Shown one piece after another: positions 31,801 to 43,400 of a DNA stretch of 64,000 bases. The first letter of the stretch is position 1. Each line of letters opens with the position of its first letter. This DNA comes from the human T2T-CHM13v2.0 reference genome, Homo sapiens. Under the pieces are notes generated by a model, which saw nothing but the letters and a program-made list of their open reading frames with translations, did no database searches and had not been told where the DNA came from. The DNA is taken from assembly GCF_009914755.1 (NCBI RefSeq), contig NC_060933.1, one strand, 5' to 3'. The position numbers were made by a program, and so were the translations under genes.

Positions 31801-31980
31801 CCATTCCATTCCATTCCATTCCTTTCCATTCCATTACGGTTGATTCCATTCCATTGCATTCCATTCCATTCCATTCCCCTGTACTCGGGTTGATTCCATT
31901 CCATTCGATTCCAATCCATGCCATTCCACTCGTGTTGATTCCATTCTTTCCATTCCATTCAAGTTGAATCCATTCCAGTG
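28870..31980 (+). repeat. Tandem duplication, ~1.75 kb period
   Basis: TTTTATTCGGG at 28904 and 30661. GGTTGATACC, TTCCTGATGA and CCATTTTTTCGGG each recur at a 1742-1757 bp offset. Confidence 0.88.
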
Positions 31981-34019
31981 CATTCCATTCCATTCGATTC
32001 CATTTGATTGCACTCGGGTTGATTCCATTCCATTGCATTCCATTCCATTCCATTCCATTCCATTCCATTCCATTCCATTCCGTTCCATTCCATTCCATTA
32101 CATTCGGATTTATTCTATTCAATTCCCTTACACTCCATTACATTCGATTCGGGTAGTTTCCATTGCATTCCATTCCATTCCTCTCCATTCCATTGCACTC
32201 GGGTTGATTCCATTCCATTGAATTCCATTCCATTCCATTCAATTCCATTCCTTTCCTTTCCATTCCATTACATTCGGATTGATTCTATTCTACTCCCTTA
32301 CTCTCCATTACATTCCATTCCATTCGGGTTGTTCCATTCCATTCCATTCCATTCCACTCCATTCCATTGCACTCGGGTTGATTCCATTCCATTCCATTCC
32401 ATTCCTTTCCATTCCATTCCGGAAGATTCCATTCCATTGCATTCCATTCCATTCCATTCCCCTGCACTCGCGTTGATTCCATTCCATTCCATTCTATTCC
32501 ATTCCATTCCCTTCCTTTCCTTTCCATTCCATTCCATTCCATTCCATTCCAATCCGTTCCGTTCCATTCCATTCCATTCCATTCTATTCGGGTTAATTCC
32601 ATTCCATTCCATTCGATTGCAATCGAGTTGATTCCATTCCATTCCATTCCATTCCATTCCATTCCTTTCCATTCCATTACGGATGATTCCATTCCATTGC
32701 ATTCCATTCCATTCCATTCCCCTGTACTCGGGTTGATTCCATTCCATTCCATTCCAATCCATGCCATTCCACTCGTGTTGATTCCATTCTTTCCATTCCA
32801 TTCAAGTTGAATCCATTCCATTGCATTCCATTCCATTCGATTCCATTCGATTGCACTCGGGTTGATTCCATTCCACTGCATTCCATTCCATTCCATTCCA
32901 TTCCATTCCATTCCATTCCATTCCGTTCCATTCCATTCCATTACACTCGGATTGATTCTATTCAATTCCCTTAGACTCCATTACATTCCATTCCATTCGG
33001 GTAGTTTCCATTCCATTCCATTCCATTCCTCTCCATTCCATTGAACTCGGGTTGATTCCATTCCATTCCATTCCATTCCATTCCATTCCATTCCATTCCA
33101 TTCAATTCCATTCCGTTCCATTGCATTCCATTACATTCGGATTGACTCTATTCAACTCCCTTACTCTCCATTACATTCCATTCCATTCGGGTTGTTCCAT
33201 TCCATTCCATTCCATTCCACTCCATTCCATTGCACTCGGGTTTATTCCATTCCATTCCATTCCATTCCATTCCATTCCATTCCATTTCGCTCCATTCCAT
33301 TCTATTCCGTATCATTCCATTCCATTCCATTCCATTCCATTCCAGTCCATTCCACTCCATTCCATTCCATTCCATTCCATTCCATTCCACTCGTGTTGAT
33401 TCCATTCCTTTCCATTCCATTAGGTTTGAAGGCATTCCATTCCATTCCATTCCATTCCATTCCATTCCATTCCATTCCATTCCATTGTACTCGGGTTGAT
33501 TCCATTCCATTGCATTCCATTCCATTCCATTCCGGATGATTCCATTCCATTGCATTCCATTCCATTCCATTCCCCTGCACTCGGGTTGATTCCATTCCAT
33601 TCCATTCCATTACATTCCGTTCCATTCCATTCCATTCCATTCGGATTGATTCTATTCAATTCCCTTACACTCCATTACATTCCATTCCATTCGGGTAGTT
33701 TCCATTCCATTCCATTCCATTCCTCTCCATTCCATTGCACTCGGGTTGATTCCATTCCATTCCATTCCATTCCATTCCATTCCGGATGATTCCATTCCAT
33801 TGCATTCCGTTCCATTACATTCCCCTGCACTCGCGTTGATTCCATTCCATTCCATTCCATTCCATTGAATTCCATTCCATTACAATTCCTTCCATTCCAT
33901 TCTATTCCGTACCATTCCATTCCATTCCATATCATTCCATTGCATTCCATTCCATTCCATTCCATTCCATTCCATTCCATTCCACTCCACTCCGTTCCAT
34001 TCCATTCCATTCCATTCCA

Positions 34020-37000
34020 TTCCATTGTATTCGGGTTAATTCCATTCCATTCCATTCCATTCCATTCCATTCCATTACAATCGAGTTGATTCCATTCCAT
34101 TCCATTCCAGTCCTTTCCATTCCATTCCACTCGGGTTGATTCCAATCTATTAGTTTCCATTCCATTCCATTCCCTTCCATTCCACTCTGGTTGATTCCAT
34201 TCCTTTCCATTCCACTCGAATACATTCCCTCCTATTCCACTCCGAACGATTCCATTCCATTCCATTCCATTCCATTCCATTCCATTCCGTTCCATTCCAT
34301 TCCATTACATTCGGATTGATACTATTCAATTCCCTTACACTCCATTACATTCCATTCCATTCGGGTAGTTTCCATTCCATTCCATTCCATTCCTCTCCAT
34401 TCCATTGCACTCGGGTTGATTCCACTCCATTGCATTCCATTCCATTCCATTCAATTCCATTCCGTTCCATTCCATTCCATTACATTCGGATTGATTCTAT
34501 TCAACTCCCTTACTCTCCATTACATTCCATTCCATTCGGGTTGTTCCATTCCATTCCATTCCATTCCACTCCATTCCATTGCACTCGGGTTGATTCCATT
34601 CCATTCCATTCCATTCCATTCCATTCCATTCCATTCCGGATGATTCCATTCCATTACATTCCGTTCCATTACATTCCCCTGCACTCGGGTTGATTCCATT
34701 CCATTCCATTCCATTCCATTCGATTCCATTCCATTCCAATTCTTTCCATTCCATTCTATTCCGTACCATTCCATTCCATTCCATACAATTCCATTCCATT
34801 CCATTCCATTCCGTTCCGTTCCGTTCCGTTCCGTTCCGTTCCATTCCATTCCATTCCATTCTATTCGGGTTAATTCCATTCCATTCCATTCCATTCCATT
34901 CTATTCCATTCCATTGCAATCGAGTTGAATCCATTGCATTCCATTCCATTCCATTCCGGAAGATTCCATTGCATTGCATTCCATTCCATTCCATTCCCCT
35001 GCACTCGTGTTGATTCCATTCCATTCCATTCCATTCCATTCCATTCCGAACCGTTCCATTAAATTCCATTCCATTCCATTCCATTCCGTTCCGTTCCATT
35101 CCATTCCATTCCATTCCATTCTATGCGGGTTAATTCCATTCCATTCCATTCGATTGCAATCGAGTTGATTCCATTCCATTCCATTCCATTCCATTCCATT
35201 CCATTCCTTTCCATTACATTACGTATGATTCCATTCCATTTCATTCCATTCCATTCCATTCCCCTGTACTCGGGTTGATTCCATTCCATTCCATTCCAAT
35301 CCATGCCATTCCACTCGTGTTGATTCCATTCTTTCCATTCCATTCAAGTTGAATCCATTCCATTGCATTCCATTCCATTCGATTCCATTCGATTGCACTC
35401 GGGTTGATTCCATGGCTTTGCATTCCATTCCATTCCATTCCATTCCTTTCCATTCCATTACATTCCATTCGGATTCATTCTATTCAATTCCCTTACACTC
35501 CATTACATTCCATTCCATTCGGGTAGTTTCCATTCCATTCCATTCCATTCCTCTCCATTCCATTGCACTCGGGTTGATTCCATTCCATTCCATTCCATTC
35601 CATTCCATTCCATTCCATTCCGGATGATTCCATTCCATTGAATTCCATTCCATTCCATTCCCCAGCACTTGGGTTGATTCCATTCCATTCCATTCCATTC
35701 CTTTCTGTTCCATTCCATTCCATTCCATTCCATTCTATTCGTGTTAATTCCATTCCATTCTATTCCATTCCATTCCATTGAAATCGAGTTGATTCCATTC
35801 CATTCCATTCCATTCCATTCCATTCCATTCCATTCCATTCCATTCCGGATGATTCCATTGCATTGCATTCCATTCCATTCCATTCCCCTGCACTCGGGTT
35901 GATTCCATTCGATTCCATTGCATTACATTCCGTTCCATTCCGTTCCATTTCATTCTATTCGGGTTAATTCCATTCCATTGCATTCCACTCCATTCCAGTC
36001 CTTTCCATTCCATTCCACTCGGGTTGATTCCATTCTATTCCTTTCCATTCCATTCCATTCCATTGCAATCGAGTTGATTCCATTCGAGTTGAATCCATTC
36101 CATTCCATTCCATTCCATTGCACACGGGTTCATTCCATTCCATTCCATTCCATTCCATTTCATTCCATTCCATTCTATTCCGTACCATTCCATTCCATCC
36201 CATTCCATTCCGTTCCATTCCATGCCATTACACTCGGGTTGATTCCATTCCTTTCCATTCCATTCTTGTTGAATCCATTCAATTCCATTCCATTCCATTC
36301 GAATCCTTTCCATTGCACTCGGGTTGATTCCATTCCATTCCATTCCATTCCATTTCATTCCATTCCATTCCATTACATTCGGATTGATTCTATTCAATTC
36401 CCTTACACTCCATTACATTCCATTCCATTCGGGATGATTCCATTCCATTCCATTCCATTCCACTCCATTCCATTGCATCAGGTTGATGGCATTCCATTCC
36501 ATTCCATTCCATTCCGGATGATTCCATTCCATTGCATTCCATTCCATTCCATTCCCCTGTACTCGGGTTGATTCCATTCCATTCCATTCCTTTCCATTCC
36601 ATTCCGTTCCATTCCATTCCATTCCATTCTATTCTGGTTAATTCCATTCCATTACATTCGATTCCATTCCATTGCCTTCCATTCCATTGCAATCGAGTTG
36701 ATTCCATTCCATTCCATTCCATTCCGTTCCGGATGATTCCATTCCTTTCCATTCCATTCCATTCCATTCCATTCCCCTGCAGTCGGGTTGATTCCATTCC
36801 ATTCCATTCCATTCCATTCCATTCCGTTCCATTCCATTCCATTCCATTCTATTCGGGTTAATTCCATTCCATTCCATTCCATTCCATTCCATTCCATTCC
36901 ATTCCATTCCAATCGAGTTGATTCCATTCCATTCCATTCCATTCCATTCCATTCCACTCCATTCCAGTCCTTTCCATTCCATTACACTCGGGTTGATTCC

Positions 37001-40000
37001 ATTCTATTCCTTTCCATTCCATTCCATTCCATTGCAATCGAGTTGATTCCATGGCTTTGCATTCCATTCCATTCCATTCCATTCCGGATGATTCCATTCC
37101 GTTGCATTCCGTTCCATTACATTCCCCTGCACTCGGGTTGATTCCATTCCATTCCATTCCTTTCCATTCGATTCCATTCCATTCCCCTGCACTCGCGTTG
37201 ATTCCATTCCATTCCATTCCATTCCATTCCATTCCTTTCCGTTCCATTCCATTCCATTCCATTCCGTTCCGTTCCATTCCATTCCATTCCATTCTATTCG
37301 CGTTAATTCCATTCCATTCCATTCGATTGCAATCGAGTTGATTCCATTCCATTCCATTCCATTCCATTCCATTCCATTCCGTTCCATTCCATTCCTTTCC
37401 ATTCCATTACGGATGATTCTATTCCATTGCATTCCATTCCATTCCATTCCCCTGTACTCGGGTTGATTCCATTGCATTCCATTCCATTCCATTCCCCTGC
37501 AGTCGGGTTGATTCCATTCCATTCCATTCCATTCCATTCCATTCCATTCCATTCCGTTCCGTTCCGTTCCGTTCCATTCCATTCCATTCCATTCTATTCG
37601 GGTTAATTCCATTCCATTCCATTCCATTCCATTCCATTCCATTCCATTCCATTCCTTTCCATTGCATTCCATTCCATTCCATTCCATTCCGTTCCGTTCC
37701 ATTCCATTCCATTCCATTCTATTCGCGTTAATTCCATTCCATTCCATTCGATTGCAATTGAGTTGATTCCATTCCATTCCATTCCATTCCATTCCATTCC
37801 ATTCCATTCCATTCCATTACGGATGATTCTATTCCATTGCATTCCATTCCATTCCATTCCCCTGTACTCGGGTTGATTCCATTGCATTCCATTCCATTCC
37901 ATTCCCCTGCAGTCGGGTTGATTCCATTCCATTCCATTCCATTCCATTCCATTCCATTCCATTCCATTCCATTCCATTCCGTTCCGTTCCATTCCATTCC
38001 ATTCCATTCTATTCGGGTTAATTCCATTCCATTCCATTCCATTCCATTCCATTCCATTCCATTCCAGTCGAGTTGATTCCATTCCATTCCATTCCATTCC
38101 ATTCCACTCCATTCCAGTCCTTTCCATTCCATTCCACTCGGGTTGATTCCAATGTATTCCTTTCCATTCCATTCCATTCCATTGCAATCGAGTTGATTCC
38201 ATTGCTTTGCATTCCATTCCATTCCATTCCATTCCGGATGACTCCATTCCATTGCATTCCATTCCATTGCATTCCCCTGCACTCGGGTTGATTCCATTCC
38301 ATTCCACTCCATTCCTTTGCATTCCATTCCATTCCATTGTATTCGGGTTAATTCCATTCCATTCCATTCCATTCCATTACAATCGAGTTGATTCCATTCC
38401 ATTCCATTCCATTCCATTCCATTCCATTCCATTCCAGTCCTTTCCATTCCATTCCACTCGGGTTGATTCCATTCTATTAGTTTCCATTCCATTCCATTCC
38501 CTTCCATTCCACTCTGGTTGATTCCATTCCTTTCCATTCCACTCGAATACATTCCCTCCTATTCCACTCCGAACGATTCCATTCCATTCCATTCCATTCC
38601 ATTCCATTCCATTCCGTTCCATTCCATTCCATTACATTCGGATTGATACTATTCAATTCCCTTACACTCCATTACATTCCATTCCATTCGGGTAGTTTCC
38701 ATTCCATTCCATTCCATTCCTCTCCATTCCATTGCACTCGGGTTGATTCCACTCCATTGCATTCCATTCCATTCCATTCAATTCCATTCCGTTCCATTCC
38801 ATTCCATTACATTCGGATTGATTCTATTCAACTCCCTTACTCTCCATTACATTCCATTCCATTCGGGTTGTTCCATTCCATTCCATTCCATTCCACTCCA
38901 TTCCATTGCACTCGGGTTGATTCCATTCCATTCCATTCCATTCCATTCCATTCCATTCCGGATGATTCCATTCCATTACATTCCGTTCCATTACATTCCC
39001 CTGCACTCGGGTTGATTCCATTCCATTCCATTCCATTCCATTCGATTCCATTCCATTCCAATTCTTTCCATTCCATTCTATTCCGTACCATTCCATTCCA
39101 TTCCATACAATTCCATTCCATTCCATTCCATTCCGTTCCGTTCCGTTCCGTTCCGTTCCATTCCATTCCATTCTATTCGGGTTAATTCCATTCCATTCCA
39201 TTCCATTCCATTCCAATCCATTCCGTTCCATTCCATTCCATTCCATTCTATTCGGGTTAATTCCATTCCATTCCATTCCATTCCATTCCATTCCATTCCA
39301 TTCCATTCCATTCCAATCGAGTTGATTCCATTCCATTCCATTCCATTCCATTCCATTCCATTCCATTCCATTCCACTCCATTCCAGTCCTTTCCATTCCA
39401 TTACACTCGGGTTGATTCCATTCTATTCCTTTCCATTCCATTCCATTCCATTGCAATCGAGTTGATTCCATGGCTTTGCATTCCATTCCATTCCATTCCA
39501 TTCCGGATGATTCCATTCCGTTGCATTCCGTTCCATTACATTCCCCTGCACTCGGGTTGATTCCATTCCATTCCATTCCTTTCCATTCGATTCCATTCCA
39601 TTCCCCTGCACTCGCGTTGATTCCATTCCATTCCATTCCATTCCATTCCATTCCTTTGCGTTCCATTCCATTCCATTCCATTCCGTTCCGTTCCATTCCA
39701 TTCTATTCCATTCTATTCGCGTTAATTCCATTCCATTCCATTCGATTGCAATCGAGTTGATTCCATTCCATTCCATTCCATTCCATTCCGTTCCGTTCCA
39801 TTCCATTCCTTTCCATTCCATTACGGATGATTCTATTCCATTGCATTCCATTCCATTCCATTCCCCTGTACTCGGGTTGATTCCATTGCATTCCATTCCA
39901 TTCCATTCCCCTGCAGTCGGGTTGATTCCATTATATTCCATTCCATTCCATTCCGTTCCGTTCCGTTCCGTTCCATTCCATTCCATTCCATTCTATTCGG

Positions 40001-40450
40001 GTTAATTCCATTCCATTCCATTCCATTCCATTCCATTCCATTCCATTCCGTTCCTTTCCGTTCCATTCCATTCCATTCCATTCCATTCCATTCCGTTCCA
40101 TTCCATTCCATTCTATTCGCGTTAATTCCATTCCATTCCATTCGATTGCAATTGAGTTGATTCCATTCCATTCCATTCCATTCCATTCCATTCCATTCCT
40201 TTCCATTCCATTACCGATGATTCTATTCCATTGCATTCCATTCCATTCCATTCCCCTGTACTCGGGTTGATTCCATTGCATTCCATTCCATTCCATTCCC
40301 CTGCAGTCGGGTTGATTCCATTCCATTCCATTCCATTCCATTCCATTCCATTCCATTCAATTCCGTTCCGTTCCATTCCATTCCATTCCATTCCATTCTA
40401 TTCGGGTTAATTCCATTCCATTCCATTCCATTCCATTCCATTCCATTCCA
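34020..40450 (+). repeat. Duplication of a ~4.33 kb unit whose second copy lacks ~1.9 kb
   Basis: ACTCCGAACGA and GATTGATACTA recur at a ~4327 bp offset (ORF pair 34316/38643). CCATGGCTTTGC...CCGTTGCATTCCG and GCAATTGAG recur at a ~2.4 kb offset (ORF pair 37051/39470). Confidence 0.8.
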
Positions 40451-40490
40451 GTCCTTTCCATTCCATTCCACTCGGGTTGATTCCATTCCT

Positions 40491-43400
40491 TTCCATTCCT
40501 TTATATTTCATTCCATTCCACTCCATTCAATGCCATTCCACGCGGGTTTATTCCATTCCTTTCCATTCCATTCGTGTTGAATCCATTCCATTCCATTCCA
40601 TTCCATTCGATTCCATTACACTGCCCTCGGGTTGATTCCATTCCATTCCATTCCATTACATTTCATTCTATTCCATTCCATTCCATTCCATTCCATTCCA
40701 TTCAATTCCATTCCATGCCATTCCACTCGTGTTGATTCCATTCCTTTCCATTCCATTCGAGTTGAACCCATTCCATTCCATTCCATTCCATTCCATTCCA
40801 TTCCATTCCATTGCACACGGGTTCATTCCATTCCATTCCATTCCATTCCGTTCCATTCCATTCCGTTCCATTCCATTCCATTCCATTCTGTTCAGCTTAA
40901 TTCCATTCTATTCCTTTCCCTTCCATTCCATTCCATTCCATCCCATTGCAATCGAGTTGATTCCATTGCATTCCATTCCATTACATTCCATTGCATTCCA
41001 TTCCATTCCATTCCCCTGCACTCAGGTTGATTCCATTCGATTCCATTCCATTCCATTCCATTCCATTCCGTTCCATTCCATTCCATTCCATTCTGTTCAG
41101 GATAATTCCATTCCATTCCATTCCCTTCCATTCCATTCCATTCCATTCCATTCCATTCCATCCAATTGCAATCGAGTTGATTCCATTGCATTCCATTCCA
41201 TTCCATTCCATTGCATTCCATTCCATTAGATTCCATTCCATTGCATTCCATTCCATTCCATTCCCCTGCACTCAGATTGATTCCATTCGATCCCATTCCA
41301 TTCCATTCCGTTCCATTCCATTCCATTCCATTCTATTCGCGTTAATTCCATTCCATTCCATTACATTCCATTGCAATCGAGTTGATTCCATTCCATTCCG
41401 TTCCATTCCATTCCATTCCATTCCATTTCGTTCCATTCCATTCTATTCCGTACCATTCCATTCCATTCCATTCCATTCCATTCCATTCCATTCCATGCCA
41501 TTCCACTCGGGTTGATTCTATTGCTTTCCATTCCATTTGGGTTGAATCCAATACATTCCATTCCATTCCATTCCATTCCATTCCATTGCACTAGGTTTGA
41601 TTCCATTCCACTGCATTCCATTCCATTCCATTCCGTTCCATTCCATTCCATTACATTCGGATTGATTGTATTCAATTCCTTACACTCCATTACATTCCAT
41701 TCCATTCGGGTTGTTTCCATTCCATTCCATTCCATTCCATTCCATTCCATTCCATTGCACTCAGGTTGATTCCATTCCACTCCATTCCATTCCATTCCAT
41801 TCCATTCCATTCCATTCCATTTCGTTCCATTCCATTCCATTCCGTACCATTCCATTCCATTCCATTCCATTCCATGCCATTCCACTCGGGTTTATTCCAT
41901 TCCTTTCCATTCCATTCGGGTTGAATCCATTCCATTCCATTCCATTCCATTCCATTCCATTCCATTGCACTCGGGTTGATTCCATTCCATTCCCTGCCAT
42001 TCCATTTCATTCCATTCCATTCCATTCCATTGCATTCCATTCCATTCCGTTCCATTCCATTCCATTACATTCGGATTGATTGTATTCAATTCCCTTACAC
42101 TCCATTACATTCCATTCCATTCGTGTTGTTTCCGTTCCATTACATTCCATTCCACTCCATTCCATTGCACTCAGGTTGATTCCATTCCATTCCATTCCAT
42201 TCCATTCCATTCCATTCCATTCCATTTCGTTCCATTCCATTCTATTCCCTACCATTCCATTTCATTCCATTCCATTCCATGCCAATCCACTCGGGTTTAT
42301 TCCATTCCTTTCCATTCCATTCGGGTTGAATCCATTCCATTCCATTCCATTCCATTCCATTCCATTCCATTCCATTCCCCTGCAATCGGGTGGATTCCAT
42401 TCTATTCCATTCCATTCCATTCCATTCCATTCCATTCCATTTCGTTCCATTCCATTCTATTCCGTACCATTCCTTTCCATTCCATTCCATTCCATTCCAT
42501 GCCATGCCATTCCACTCGGGTTGATTCCATTCCTTTCCATTCCATTCTAGTTGAAACCATTACATTGCATTCCATTCCATTCGATTCCATTCAATTGCAC
42601 ACGGGTTCATTCCATTCCATTCCATTCCATTCCATTCCATTCCATTTCGTTCCATTCCATTCTATTCCGTTCCATTCCCTTCCATTCAATTCCATTCCAC
42701 TCCATTCCATGCCATTCCACTCGGGTTTATTCCATTCCCTTCCATTCCATTCGGGATGAATCCATTCCATTCCATTCCATTCCATTCCATTCCATTCCAT
42801 GCCATTCCACTCGGGTTGATTCCATTCTTTTCCATTCCATTCGAGTTGAACCCATTCCATTCCATTCCATTCCATTCCATTCCATTCCATTCCATTCCAC
42901 TCGGGTTGATTCCATTCCCTTCCATTCCATTCTGGTTGAAACCATTCCATTCCTTTCCATTCCTTTCGATTCCATTCCATTTCACTCGGGTTAATCCCAT
43001 TCCATTGCATTCCATTCCATTCCATTGCATTCCATTCCGTTCCATTCCATTCCATTACATTCGTATTGATTCTATTCAATTCCCTTACTCTCCATTACAT
43101 TCCATTCCATTCGGGTTGTTTCCATTCCATTCCATTCCATTCCACTCCATTCCATTGCAATCGGGTTGATTCCATTCCATTCCATTGCATTCCATTCCAT
43201 TTCATTCCATTCCATTCCATTCCATTCCATTCCGTATGATTCCATTCCATTGCATTCCATTCCATTCCATTCCACTGCACTCGGTTGGATTCCATTCTAT
43301 TCCATTCCATTCCATTCCATTCCATTCCATTCCATTCCATTCCATTCCATTCTATTCGGGTTAATTTCATTCCATTCCCTTCCATTCCCTTCCATTCCAT

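Larger units (their letters stand above)
1..40490 (+). repeat. HSat3 sequence domain A (patchwork of local duplications)
   Basis: Characteristic motifs are TCGATTGCAATCGAG, ATTACGGATGA, CCCCTGTACTCGGG, CAATCCATGCCATTCCACTCGTGTTG, CATTCAAGTTGAATCC, CCCCTGCAGTCGGG and TCCGGAAGATTCC. I do not see them after ~40.4 kb. The boundary is approximate. Confidence 0.75.
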
